DNA of 64,000 bases, taken from positions 62,001-126,000 of the IMG/VR virus record IMGVR_UViG_3300030673_000004, one strand, 5' to 3'. The notes under the pieces were generated by a model that was not told the DNA's origin, made no database searches, and worked only from the letters and a program-made list of their open reading frames with translations. This document shows positions 11,054 to 21,525 of the stretch, piece by piece; the stretch's first letter is position 1; each line of letters opens with the position of its first letter. A program made the translations under genes and the position numbers.

Positions 11054-11881
11054 TCAACCTCGTAAACGAGACTCTACATCTGTGACATCTCGTGTATCCA
11101 CGGCGTAACCTGGACGAATAAAGCCAATAAAACCATCAACCTTTGCCTGTTCCTCATTATAAAACTTACCAGCAGGACCATCCAAGTAATGCACAAGACC
11201 AGTCTTTGCTTTAACGGAAGCAGGCAGAGTAACTAGATCTGTATAGTGCGCATGCACGCCTGACTTGAAAGCAGCCGTCTCGCAGTCATGAAAAATCAAG
11301 TCAGCCTGTTCATAGAACACTTTTATCTGACTAGGACAAAACTGGGTATCTGTTGTAAAGAAAACACGATACCCTTCCTCGGATGTCACCAAAATGCCAA
11401 ATGAGTCAGTCAAGGCTCGTCCATTCATGACATGAACAGTCTGAACAGGATCAAACGAAATACCTTCCCAAGTAAACGACTCATTAGGCTCAATAGGATG
11501 TAGATCAAAGTAATCAGCAAAAGTATTCACATGACCTTCAATAGACTCCAACGTACCGCGAAGAACATGCGCCCATAGCTTCGTAAGAACGGTACTAATA
11601 CCATAAAGCTTTGGCTTAGGTGCCCGAGAAACACCTCCCCAAGGATAGCGGTTAAACGCCAACCACTCAAGCCCATGGACATGGTCACCGTGCAAATGAC
11701 TGATATAGACACCATCTACATCAAAAGCACCCAGATTAGCGTATTGTGCTAGCGAGTAGGGCGCTGTAGCACCACAGTCAACCAACAAACGCTTACCTGT
11801 ATTTGATTGAATCACAGCCTGACACTGCCATAGACCAGCAGGAGCAAACGCGGAACCAGCACCAGCCCAAAGAATTTTCAT
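11054..11881 (-). CDS. MBL-fold metallo-hydrolase, Apyc1-like (putative cyclic-nucleotide phosphodiesterase)
   Basis: GAGSAF, LLVDCG, SHLHGDHVHGLE, TDT, FHDC, GVHAHY..L..LP...K.K..LVHY. Confidence 0.8.
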   Translation of the reverse strand: MKILWAGAGSAFAPAGLWQCQAVIQSNTGKRLLVDCGATAPYSLAQYANLGAFDVDGVYISHLHGDHVHGLEWLAFNRYPWGGVSRAPKPKLYGISTVLTKLWAHVLRGTLESIEGHVNTFADYFDLHPIEPNESFTWEGISFDPVQTVHVMNGRALTDSFGILVTSEEGYRVFFTTDTQFCPSQIKVFYEQADLIFHDCETAAFKSGVHAHYTDLVTLPASVKAKTGLVHYLDGPAGKFYNEEQAKVDGFIGFIRPGYAVDTRDVTDVESRLRG

Positions 11882-11955
11882 AAAAATACCTCCAAGAACA
11901 AAGATACGTCAAAATCTAAAAATCAACAGATGCAAAAATAAAGATGTGATATTAA

Positions 11956-12774
11956 TCACAACGGTACATCTAAACCAGCAAGATCCTCGGGTATACTGTA
12001 AGCTACAGACAATTTACGAGCCAAATAAGAATCCACTAACTCAGAATTATCGGATATAGCCAATTTAGAGAATATAAAATCACTACCAGCTAAGGACAGC
12101 AAGCCAAAAAGATCTAAAACGTTTAGCTCACAACCTAGCCCAACAACTCGCGTTGTGCCCACCAAGGTATCATGGTACATATGGTAATGACCATGTAAAA
12201 TAAGTCGTGGCTGTATCGCAGCAGCTACGTTATCTAACGTAGCACGATTAGCCTCCCCTGCACTATATAAGTGCTTCAAATTAAAATCAATTGAAGTAGG
12301 AGCATCATGACAGACAAGAACATCACACCTAGGAGCACACAAAGTATGCATAATATCCTTGTAGCCAATACACTCCAGACCAGGAAAAACAGTAGCGCCA
12401 AGGACACGAGAAATGGCATCAATGGAATAAGCACCACCTAAAAAGACAAAATGTAACTTCTCAAAGATAAAATGAAATCCACGCGCTGCCCAAAACAACG
12501 AGGGTAATAGCTCATGAAAAGATAATACATCAGCGCGATGAGGCAGCATATAATGATCTTCATGATTACCATCAATAAAAACAACAGGTATCCCTGTCTC
12601 TTGAGCTAGCCGAGAACAAACACGAAGAAATCTACGAAACGCGGGAATACGCGGAAAATAACCAAAATCACCAACCTGAAGAATCCTATCAACAGATTGG
12701 AGACAAGCCAACTTAAACGCTAGCTCTATAGCAGCGATATCACCATGAATGTCACCAACGACTAAAATCTTCAT
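11956..12774 (-). CDS. Calcineurin-like metallophosphoesterase
   Basis: GDIHG, VGDFG, DGNHE, CHDAP, HGHYH. Confidence 0.9.
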   Translation of the reverse strand: MKILVVGDIHGDIAAIELAFKLACLQSVDRILQVGDFGYFPRIPAFRRFLRVCSRLAQETGIPVVFIDGNHEDHYMLPHRADVLSFHELLPSLFWAARGFHFIFEKLHFVFLGGAYSIDAISRVLGATVFPGLECIGYKDIMHTLCAPRCDVLVCHDAPTSIDFNLKHLYSAGEANRATLDNVAAAIQPRLILHGHYHMYHDTLVGTTRVVGLGCELNVLDLFGLLSLAGSDFIFSKLAISDNSELVDSYLARKLSVAYSIPEDLAGLDVPL

Positions 12775-13325
12775 ACAAAAATATCAGATAATGATGTTTG
12801 ACGCGCAGTCGTTAAACCCGACTCCTGCATTAAAACAGCAAGAACATACGAATTAGGCATAATATGAGGATTTAGTTTATTAAATTCCTGTTCAGATAAC
12901 CCAAAATAACGACAAAGAAACAGACCAACAGCACCACTACGAGAGACACCAGCAGCACAATGAACATAAATAGGAGTTTCTGATACATCAGAAACATAGT
13001 CTAAAATATTACGGGCCTGAGCCGAAGTAAACAATATAGAGGCACCATCAGCTATATTAGGCGTAGAGTCAGTAAAAACAAGAGACAGTACAGAATCAAC
13101 TCCAAGACAAGATAAACCAAGCTTAGCTGTCTCTGTGTCTGCCCAAATACCTCCACTATATGATGCATATGCCAAATCTGTATCTAAGGTTACTTCATCA
13201 CAAATAGAAATAAGTTTAGCTCCTGGCACATATAAAGCAGGAAATGCCCACCTATGATGCAGCACAGACAACACCATCGCGGCACGAGGTACCACACGAA
13301 CAAAAGTAGGCTTAGCTCTAAGCAT
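12771..13325 (-). CDS. Cys-dependent protein-tyrosine/dual-specificity phosphatase-like protein
   Basis: HCAAGVSRS (CX5R) P-loop; downstream PNSYV. Confidence 0.85.
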   Translation of the reverse strand: MLRAKPTFVRVVPRAAMVLSVLHHRWAFPALYVPGAKLISICDEVTLDTDLAYASYSGGIWADTETAKLGLSCLGVDSVLSLVFTDSTPNIADGASILFTSAQARNILDYVSDVSETPIYVHCAAGVSRSGAVGLFLCRYFGLSEQEFNKLNPHIMPNSYVLAVLMQESGLTTARQTSLSDIFV

Positions 13326-13361
13326 ACTGACAAGTATACAAAAAAGTAACCATAAATGAAA

Positions 13362-14621
13362 CTATTTAGTTGGTGCTTTTGTTGTTGGAACTTTAACAGG
13401 CAGTTCTTTTGGAACCTGAAGCATAGCAACAGGAACACGCAAACGACGAATCTCACCAAATTCAGAGTGGTAGTCTACAACCTCAGTGGCTCGCTGCGCC
13501 CTGTAACCCTCACCGGCAGCATAAGCGTCACGTGGGGGCATGATAGGATGATTCTCAACAAGAAGCCCTTCGGACTCATCACGAGTAGTCAAATAAGTAC
13601 CACCTTGACGTGTCTGATGAATATGGCCACAATGACCATATCGGTACTTAGTCTGCCCCCACAATTCAGGGAAATCTGCAGATACAACAGATTGCAACCT
13701 GCGTGCCTGTATGCGGTCACCATGGGTAAACACAAGAAAGGTCTTTCCATGTACAATAGGGATTATGTTACTCGTAGGAACAACAATATGTACCTGAGGA
13801 GATTTCTCGTAAGCAGCCGCCAAAATCATAGAGGCAGCACAACTTGTATGATAATCATGATTACCAGGAACAAAAACAACTTCAACTTCAGGAGCGCGAC
13901 GAGCTGCTTCTTCTATAATAGAACGAAAAGCGAGCACGCCAAGCTGCAATGTATGCATCCAGCGACTGTCAACATCAAGGATATTCCCAGAACGCTCTGT
14001 GACAGGTGTGCGTGAATCTGCGTGCCAAAAATCGCCTAAGGAAGCTATGAGTATTTTCTGGACTTCACCGGGCGCAGGTAAACAATACTCAGCAGCACGC
14101 TTCAGTAAATTAAGACCTGCTTTAGTATCGTAGTCATCATCATTTGTTTCCTTACCCCAAGCGCGCATACCTAAATGATGATCGCTAAGCATCCAAGTGC
14201 GTAATATATTTTCTCTAGGTAGCTTTCGACAAACAGGTATCTTGGGAGCGGCACCCCGGACCTGATCTGCAAATTCTTGAGCCCACGCCTCAAATTCAGC
14301 TACATCAGGATGAAGACGACGCCACTCTTCTATAATACCCTTTTCGGAATGCACATGAACAGTTGTTTTGCTCATACGCATGCTTAGTGGGATAGGTACT
14401 TTAACTAATGATGAGTGCTCACCAGCATTTATGCAACGCTGCTCTACTCGCTTGTAGACATCGCGAACAGTACTACGAGCAAGCCCAAGCTGAGTCGCAG
14501 CGGTCCTTATAGCACCTGTAGAAATCACAGCAGCTATAATATCACGCTCTTTGGATGTCTCAACAAAGTGACTCAACTCAACAGGTATACTAACGCTAGA
14601 ACGACTCATGGATACCCCCAT
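13362..14621 (-). CDS. Metallophosphoesterase with N-terminal HTH
   Basis: IRTAATQLGLARSTVRD (HTH); SDHHLG, LGDFWH, PGNHD, THGD, GHIH. Confidence 0.85.
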   Translation of the reverse strand: MGVSMSRSSVSIPVELSHFVETSKERDIIAAVISTGAIRTAATQLGLARSTVRDVYKRVEQRCINAGEHSSLVKVPIPLSMRMSKTTVHVHSEKGIIEEWRRLHPDVAEFEAWAQEFADQVRGAAPKIPVCRKLPRENILRTWMLSDHHLGMRAWGKETNDDDYDTKAGLNLLKRAAEYCLPAPGEVQKILIASLGDFWHADSRTPVTERSGNILDVDSRWMHTLQLGVLAFRSIIEEAARRAPEVEVVFVPGNHDYHTSCAASMILAAAYEKSPQVHIVVPTSNIIPIVHGKTFLVFTHGDRIQARRLQSVVSADFPELWGQTKYRYGHCGHIHQTRQGGTYLTTRDESEGLLVENHPIMPPRDAYAAGEGYRAQRATEVVDYHSEFGEIRRLRVPVAMLQVPKELPVKVPTTKAPTK

Positions 14622-14660
14622 GAGTCGTTATTTACGTATAGGAAGAATGTCCAATCAGAT

Positions 14661-16940
14661 TTAATACAAATCTGGGCAAATCGAACACACAGGTGCTGCC
14701 ATAAAGGCATTGAACTTTCGGATAGCTCGATCATTCAGGCACGTTTTCAATGTATCCATAGAACAATTCTGGACATCAAACACATGAAGTATATGATATA
14801 CAAACGACAAACGTGATGGGTGTGACCAAGAATTATCATTTGCAGATATGGCAGAAATGAAACACTGCAGAAATTGGATCTGAAAATAAGTGGAAAAAGC
14901 TATAACACGAGAAGATACGCTGCTGTACCGACTATGAGACATAACATAAGAAGGCACATCATCAATACGCCTCTTAAGCGTCTTAAGATACGCACCTGCG
15001 ATAACTTTATACAAATGTGATATATCATCTGTAGAGTAAACAAGAGATGGACGTTCAAAACCAACAGCATCAAACCAGATATCGTTAAAGTAGCCGAGCA
15101 TCTCAATACCAGGCGCAATGAACTTACGGTCTGAAATCTCAAAAAACCTAGTCACACTCTCATACAATTTTGACGCAATGTGACGTGCAACGGTATCTGC
15201 ATCATGATTACTTAGAAGCTCTACAATTTCTTGAGTATACTCAGATTTCACAGTCTTATCCAAATAAGACAAAGTGTCTTCTTCAGAAGCTCCAGTTAAA
15301 ACAGTCACAGCAACAGCAGGAATAAAACCACGAGATACTTCACCGAAAAGGTCCTGACGTGCATCCACGACATCAGAATACTGACTCAAATTATCCATGT
15401 CCAAAAGACGATCAAAAATTGACGCCCCACTCACCCGACCATAGGAATAGGACAAAGTATGCAGTAACTCACGCTTATCCTCATTACCACGATAAGTAGT
15501 ACGAGAAGACTGAAATTCACGCAAGGTCCTGATAGACGAAGACCAAGGAGACACAGAAATCCGATGTACCATAACCTTAAAAATCTTTAAGCTCTTCAAA
15601 GCCAAAGGAAGCCAAATCCTTTGATACTCATGATAGTGCTGACGAGTAAAGAATAGCTTTAACAACTTAGGTACATCTAGAGCAGTAGCTCGGCACAAAC
15701 GAAACAATACAAGACCAACAAGTTCTGCAAAACCTGGCGTAGCTGCTCTTCTAGAGTCTTCAACACAAATACCGGGATACTCATCATTTCGGATATTGAT
15801 ATAACCAATAAAACGAATATCCTTATTATAGAAATTAAGACGCAAAAATGAATTGCGAGATAAGTTTCTAGCGTTTAAGCCAATCCAAAAATCACCAAAC
15901 TTAGCTACAGGCATGTCAATATCAGGAAGAGATCCCGACCCAGGTAAGGGTTTATTATTCCCAATATAACCAATATCTAAATCAGAAGGAATCCCATGAA
16001 GGCAGCGACGATATGCGGGACGATCATGGAAGGATAGCTGCGTATCCAAGGCTACTAGCCATGACAGTAATACATCTTTATTAGCTGCAATCCACACAGG
16101 ATCACATGCTAAATGAGCACACGTCATATACTCCTTCATTATAGCATAAACATATGAAGGATTTACAGAATTTAAGTAATCACCACCAATACCACGATAT
16201 TCAATAACACCATGAGATTGAAATTTAACTAAATTAATACTGACATGCCTATGCTTCGCAGCTAACCCTGTAAGACGTAAAATACCCCGAGCAGCCTCAG
16301 GCAAAAGAATATGATCTAAGCCTAATGAGGCAATACCGCAAAAAGATTTCAAGCGGGCTAGGGCATAAGAAAACAAGGACATGGTTGGAAAGCAATAGCT
16401 GTTTCCAAGGCGATTTACATGACGTAGATCACGCTGATCCAAGCAAGAAGTCAGCAACAAAAAAACCAAAGGATTAAAGTCATCACGAGTAATGGAAGAG
16501 GACGAAAATGTAAAATGGAGACCACAACTATCATTTGTTAAGCCGTTAACACGTTTTAACAAATCAAAAGATCTGCACAGTAACTTCTCACTATCTAAAA
16601 TAGAAACAACAGGGCTAACAACTTCAACAGGTAAGAAACGTGACCCATCAGTCAAATCCTCATAGTCTTCCTGCTGAGGATCAATAGATCCATCACGAGT
16701 AAAATGCCAGCATGTATAGTCAGCTTCCCCTTGATGCTTGTGACCAGCATAAACATTACAGACAGCCCCAATAGGCTGATCAAACTCACGCTGAAAAGCC
16801 GATGCTAAATCTTCACGAGAAGCACCAGGAACAGCAATAACGGTTTCAAACTCGAAACCGCAAGAATAACCGGCACGAGATAATTCAAGATCACTCATGA
16901 CAGGTACATCAAGGCTTTTATGTGCAAGAGTCAGACGCAT
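14661..16940 (-). CDS. Putative amidoligase (COOH-NH2 ligase, Amidoligase_2-like), paralog 3
   Basis: CGFEFE, WHFTRDGSI, VEVVSP, SCGLHF, HVSINL, IEYRGIGG; long unique C-terminus. Confidence 0.78.
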   Translation of the reverse strand: MRLTLAHKSLDVPVMSDLELSRAGYSCGFEFETVIAVPGASREDLASAFQREFDQPIGAVCNVYAGHKHQGEADYTCWHFTRDGSIDPQQEDYEDLTDGSRFLPVEVVSPVVSILDSEKLLCRSFDLLKRVNGLTNDSCGLHFTFSSSSITRDDFNPLVFLLLTSCLDQRDLRHVNRLGNSYCFPTMSLFSYALARLKSFCGIASLGLDHILLPEAARGILRLTGLAAKHRHVSINLVKFQSHGVIEYRGIGGDYLNSVNPSYVYAIMKEYMTCAHLACDPVWIAANKDVLLSWLVALDTQLSFHDRPAYRRCLHGIPSDLDIGYIGNNKPLPGSGSLPDIDMPVAKFGDFWIGLNARNLSRNSFLRLNFYNKDIRFIGYINIRNDEYPGICVEDSRRAATPGFAELVGLVLFRLCRATALDVPKLLKLFFTRQHYHEYQRIWLPLALKSLKIFKVMVHRISVSPWSSSIRTLREFQSSRTTYRGNEDKRELLHTLSYSYGRVSGASIFDRLLDMDNLSQYSDVVDARQDLFGEVSRGFIPAVAVTVLTGASEEDTLSYLDKTVKSEYTQEIVELLSNHDADTVARHIASKLYESVTRFFEISDRKFIAPGIEMLGYFNDIWFDAVGFERPSLVYSTDDISHLYKVIAGAYLKTLKRRIDDVPSYVMSHSRYSSVSSRVIAFSTYFQIQFLQCFISAISANDNSWSHPSRLSFVYHILHVFDVQNCSMDTLKTCLNDRAIRKFNAFMAAPVCSICPDLY

Positions 16941-16969
16941 AGATTCCTTATATATTTAAGCAACAACTG

Positions 16970-18256
16970 TCAAGTGTTACCTGCAACAATAGACTGAAGA
17001 TCAGAAATAATGCTAGTAGTATGCACAATATTCTTCACATAGTTATAAACTACATGCAGATCTCGCATCTCTTGATGCCGACTGTGAACAAGAGCACGCA
17101 GAATAGAAACAAAATGAGATGATGTTAAAAAGTCAAGCAAAGATTTTGCCCAAACAACGCGCTCTTCCGGTGTTCTTCCAGCAGTCAACCAGCGTCGAGG
17201 AGATACTGCAATCTGATGCAAGGGAAGAAAAGAACCAACAGTAGAGTGTCCTAAATGCTCTTTCCTAAAAGACAGCACTAAACCATGAACGGTATCTTTA
17301 GTGCAACGCATTTTAATACTGGGTTCCTGCGGTGAAGACCTAGGGTGAGGACCATCAAGGTCACAAACAGGGTATGTATTACTAGCAGCAGAACTAGTTG
17401 GGATCAACTCCTGCTCTGCAAAATAACGAGCAACAACTAAAGAGAGGCGCTCATGCTTAAGATGAGTAGCAGCAATCAAAGCACCCGATAAATGCTTCGC
17501 AATACCAATCAGAAGCTCCGGTGTTAGTAAAGTCAGCCAAGCACCGCCAATACCACGATACTCAACTAACTTGTTGTTGTTAGACAACTTGCAAGTATTC
17601 ACAGATACATACTTACCATAGTTGTGTAAAATTCGCTGCGACTCACATAAAGTAGCAACACTCTCCTTGCGGGTCAATGTATGATGTTTTCTATGTGCAT
17701 CAAAGCCGCCAACAGCGGATAAGGTCAGCCGTGTTGTTGCCTGACAGTAATGATTTGAAGAACGCCCAAAGTAGTTAAGTAACCCCATATCATCAGCCAG
17801 AGCACAAAACACATTAGGACGAAAAGTATCCCGTGAAAGACCAAGACACGAAAGTGATATATGTAACCCAGTAGATGGTCCTGTTTTACCACCAATACTC
17901 TGAACTAAGGCAAAAACAGACGTTAATTCGGCCAAAGCCTGATCATCCAGGACTGAAAATGTAGGAGAAATCAATTCAACAGGGCATGAACAACGATGAG
18001 ATGTTGTTATTGAACTATCTGATGTAACAGACCACTTATCATAGCTACGCGGACCATTATGATGAACACCATAGCCACCAGCTTGATCTGATACGCGACT
18101 AGACCCAAGAACAGCCAGAAGTCTATCTCGCACAGCAGTCCAATCAAGAGGGCTCGCAAACTCCAATTCCACACCAAATTTGGATTTGAATGTCTCCAAA
18201 TTTGTAAGTATGGATGGTAACGTAGCTACACGAGCATAGGACTCTAAAAAGTTCAT
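16970..18256 (-). CDS. Putative amidoligase, paralog 2
   Basis: FGVELEF, WSVTSDSSI, VELISP, STGLHI, YVSVNT, VEYRGIGG; ATG overlaps the upstream TGA. Confidence 0.8.
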   Translation of the reverse strand: MNFLESYARVATLPSILTNLETFKSKFGVELEFASPLDWTAVRDRLLAVLGSSRVSDQAGGYGVHHNGPRSYDKWSVTSDSSITTSHRCSCPVELISPTFSVLDDQALAELTSVFALVQSIGGKTGPSTGLHISLSCLGLSRDTFRPNVFCALADDMGLLNYFGRSSNHYCQATTRLTLSAVGGFDAHRKHHTLTRKESVATLCESQRILHNYGKYVSVNTCKLSNNNKLVEYRGIGGAWLTLLTPELLIGIAKHLSGALIAATHLKHERLSLVVARYFAEQELIPTSSAASNTYPVCDLDGPHPRSSPQEPSIKMRCTKDTVHGLVLSFRKEHLGHSTVGSFLPLHQIAVSPRRWLTAGRTPEERVVWAKSLLDFLTSSHFVSILRALVHSRHQEMRDLHVVYNYVKNIVHTTSIISDLQSIVAGNT

Positions 18257-20280
18257 GCAAATTCTCCCAAAAGGATTGGCTTTATCGCACGACAACCCAA
18301 CTGACGAGACAACTCATGAACAGCGCCCGTAACATACCAAGCACGTCGCATCGTTGTTGACAACTGAGCACCTGACTGTACTAGAGACTTCCTCAAAGAA
18401 CGAGTAATTCCTACCGTGTCGGAGTCAAACGAGCGCATTAGAAAGGGTGCAAGAAGTCTGCGAAGTTCTGCATAGGGAGTGAAATCAGTAGGCTGTGCAA
18501 AAACAGACATCACGTTCTCAACAGTAACAAAACTGAGTGCATCATTCCTAATGTAGTCAGAAAGGGTCGTGCAGTTCAAAGAACACTCAGGAAACAAGCA
18601 AACAAGAAGCATGTTGCGCGATACAATTTTCGTATCTTCCATACCAACCTGACGGAAAACACGATGAATATCCGAAGGACCGCAAGGATTTCCCTGGTGC
18701 AGAGCATCATCCATTATCTGAGTAACAACACGCTGAGTCATCGCAGGAAATGTTGTAGTACTCATATAGAACAAGACAGAATCCTTAGAACGTTGCATAG
18801 CAACACGTCGGACTCTATCTGACACGGAAGATACCCAGAGAGTATGGAGAGAAGCACGGTACATCTGGCGATATCGCGAAGTGCGCAGCACACGATTCAG
18901 AGAGGCTACAGAAGTCACCAACGGGGTAGCAGCAGAGGCATACTCACGCAAGAGACGCCCAGGGCTACAAGAACGCAGGGCTGCAATCAAAGAAGAAGAA
19001 AAGTCATTAGGGACAAAAGTCACCTGTGACCACTGATACAAAGACTCAAGTGCGCAAAAAATATCAAGCGCCTGACTCCGGTTTACACCAGAAGTAGATT
19101 GACGGATATTCCAGGATTCACCCGTCTTCTCCAAAGTTACCAAAGATGTACCAGAAGGCTCACTAAAACCAACAGAGGACAATGCACGAGGAGCCTTCAT
19201 AATAAACAACGAATTATCTCGCAGGTAAGCAGCATATGAAACACCCCGTACACGAGGCAACTTCCAGTAAAGGCCGCGAGAAGCTTCTGCATCAAGCAAA
19301 GAAGGAAAAACAGTTACGCGAGACGAGGGGAATAAAGAGTTTGATGGGTCCGTAGCTTGCAAAGCATAGCACAAGCGAGACTCGTAGATCGCAGACAGCA
19401 AGGGATGATCCAAAACACCACTAGCCACAAGAAAAGCTACACCAATACGACGAAACAAATCCTGCATAAAGGGCTCAGGATGCTCCAACCAGTTACCACC
19501 AGGAGAACGATACTCCATATAACCACGGCTAGATAAATTACTGGTATTAACAGAGTACCTGTCACTATAACCACTATCTCTAATAGCCTGTGCCATGCGT
19601 GTTCGCAAAGAACCACCCGACGCATTTAGAGCAGTTCGTACCAAATCAGGATTGTTACCCAACAATGACGTATAGAATACGTTAGCATAGCTATTATTCA
19701 AACGCCCACACTGAGACAAAACAAAGTGATCATCAACCAAAAGGCTAAAAAGCAGAGGATCAAAGTTTTCTCGATGAGGTGTATGAGCAGAAGAGACACC
19801 GACATGCATGCCACAGGATTCGTTTGTGTATGCCCTAATAGGTGTTTCACCATGTGCCCACCTATGGACTTTTAGATAAGTAGAAAACATATCCTGATAA
19901 TCCATCACAGGAGATACCAGTTCCAAATCAAAGGAACCAGTATCCCCATCGTCATCAAAATCAACATCATCCGGATCTAGCGAGCCATCACCTGTGAAAT
20001 GCCACTTAGTGTAACCATCGCCACGATGATCACCATACTCACGTGTAACGTGTCCAACCTCGCCACCAACAGCAGGAATGAAACTCTCAACACAATGCTG
20101 CAGATAACCACGCTCAGAATCAAAATCAGAACGATCTGGGTGCGTACCCGCAAGAATCATCTCATACTCGGCACCCAAACGAATTCCATGATGAGTAAGA
20201 TCTGCGTCAGACACGCTATCAAAGAGCTTAAGAGGAGAACGAAACAACTCGGGTGTGATTACAGAAGTAGGCATAGACAA
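18253..20280 (-). CDS. Putative amidoligase, paralog 1
   Basis: LGAEYE, WHFTGDGSL, LELVSP, SCGMHV, RYSVNT, MEYRSPGG. Confidence 0.78.
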   Translation of the reverse strand: MSMPTSVITPELFRSPLKLFDSVSDADLTHHGIRLGAEYEMILAGTHPDRSDFDSERGYLQHCVESFIPAVGGEVGHVTREYGDHRGDGYTKWHFTGDGSLDPDDVDFDDDGDTGSFDLELVSPVMDYQDMFSTYLKVHRWAHGETPIRAYTNESCGMHVGVSSAHTPHRENFDPLLFSLLVDDHFVLSQCGRLNNSYANVFYTSLLGNNPDLVRTALNASGGSLRTRMAQAIRDSGYSDRYSVNTSNLSSRGYMEYRSPGGNWLEHPEPFMQDLFRRIGVAFLVASGVLDHPLLSAIYESRLCYALQATDPSNSLFPSSRVTVFPSLLDAEASRGLYWKLPRVRGVSYAAYLRDNSLFIMKAPRALSSVGFSEPSGTSLVTLEKTGESWNIRQSTSGVNRSQALDIFCALESLYQWSQVTFVPNDFSSSLIAALRSCSPGRLLREYASAATPLVTSVASLNRVLRTSRYRQMYRASLHTLWVSSVSDRVRRVAMQRSKDSVLFYMSTTTFPAMTQRVVTQIMDDALHQGNPCGPSDIHRVFRQVGMEDTKIVSRNMLLVCLFPECSLNCTTLSDYIRNDALSFVTVENVMSVFAQPTDFTPYAELRRLLAPFLMRSFDSDTVGITRSLRKSLVQSGAQLSTTMRRAWYVTGAVHELSRQLGCRAIKPILLGEFA

Positions 20281-20448
20281 AAAATAAGTTAACTATGCGA
20301 GCCTGTCAAGGCCAAAACCAAAAACATACAAGTATTGGAACAAAAACACGTATATGTGGATAAAATGTTGATAAAATGTTTACTAATACTGATAGCCCGC
20401 ACAAAATACATTGAAAATGTTGACAGTGGGGGTAAATGTACGTAGTTT

Positions 20449-21525
20449 ATGCGAACGATGCCGTTCACCATAGTTACATGCTTCTATAAACTGTTTCAGG
20501 ATGCAGGTATCCGAGAAACTGTCAGAAACGAAGTAGCACGAGCTATTATACGTGGATGTGTCCGCATAAAATCCTATAGAGATCAGCGCAAAGCTATCAA
20601 AAACTTGATAGGTGACACTAGCGAACATCAAGTATATATAAAAGTTCAAGAACTCAAGCACTGCTATGAGATGCAGGTGCTTCTATGGAGAGCACTTTAC
20701 TGTTACATTGATACACAAGATATCTCCAAAGCAGCCTACCTATACCAGATGTCTCTGGCCGATCTAACTTGGGTCATACAACTACTATCAGAAACGCACG
20801 AGTTACAGCAAATACCCGATGTAGCACCAGCACACTGGACAACAACCCCAATAACACAACAAGATGTCTACGACATTGTACAGCACAGACGGGTACAAAG
20901 TACAATCCAAGGTCTACTACGCTACTCCAAAAGCGGTGTTGTTTGGGCGTTTGATCAAGGTATAACTAAAGAAGACTTAAAAGCGGATTTAGAATATAAG
21001 GCTATTGCTACTATACTTAGATATGAAGCAAGTCGCAGAGCAAAATGGCATCTCATAAATGTAGTTGTAATTTCTATGGGAAATGAACTAAACAACAAAA
21101 CACGTAAGTCTACATCGTTAGAATCCGGAAGAATTGTTGAAGAAACAGTAGCTGGGCCAAAAGAAAATGAACCCCAGCACACCCATGCGGCAGCTATGCA
21201 ACGCATAGTATCATTGGTTAGTACAAATGATGAAGGTGATGAATTTGAAATATCACGTGTGCCGTCAGATAATGATTTTGCAAGCCTAAGAAAAGTAACA
21301 GACATTATTGAGTGCATGAAAGAATCCCTCAATAAGCGCATACTTGACTACTTAGACGTAACAGTACTCGGAACACATAATGAACCATTTGAAACGTGGA
21401 TTGAACAGCAAGAAATAGAACATAAGCACCAACTAACTGATGATGCTATTGTCAAAAAAGCACGACAATTCTTCAAACTGACAGCTAAAGATATCAAACT
21501 AATGCAAGAGGCCCTAGTTGTCTGA
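20449..21525 (+). CDS. Hypothetical protein; weak sigma-factor region-2-like segment
   Basis: 358-aa ORF, first gene of the divergent unit; EDLKADLEYKAIATILRYE loosely resembles sigma region 2. Function is weak inference. Confidence 0.6.
   Translation: MRTMPFTIVTCFYKLFQDAGIRETVRNEVARAIIRGCVRIKSYRDQRKAIKNLIGDTSEHQVYIKVQELKHCYEMQVLLWRALYCYIDTQDISKAAYLYQMSLADLTWVIQLLSETHELQQIPDVAPAHWTTTPITQQDVYDIVQHRRVQSTIQGLLRYSKSGVVWAFDQGITKEDLKADLEYKAIATILRYEASRRAKWHLINVVVISMGNELNNKTRKSTSLESGRIVEETVAGPKENEPQHTHAAAMQRIVSLVSTNDEGDEFEISRVPSDNDFASLRKVTDIIECMKESLNKRILDYLDVTVLGTHNEPFETWIEQQEIEHKHQLTDDAIVKKARQFFKLTAKDIKLMQEALVV

Noticed and set aside
13356-14015. 219-aa plus-strand ORF opposite the phosphoesterase
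   Set aside because: Fully antisense to a gene with clear catalytic motifs; no recognisable features.
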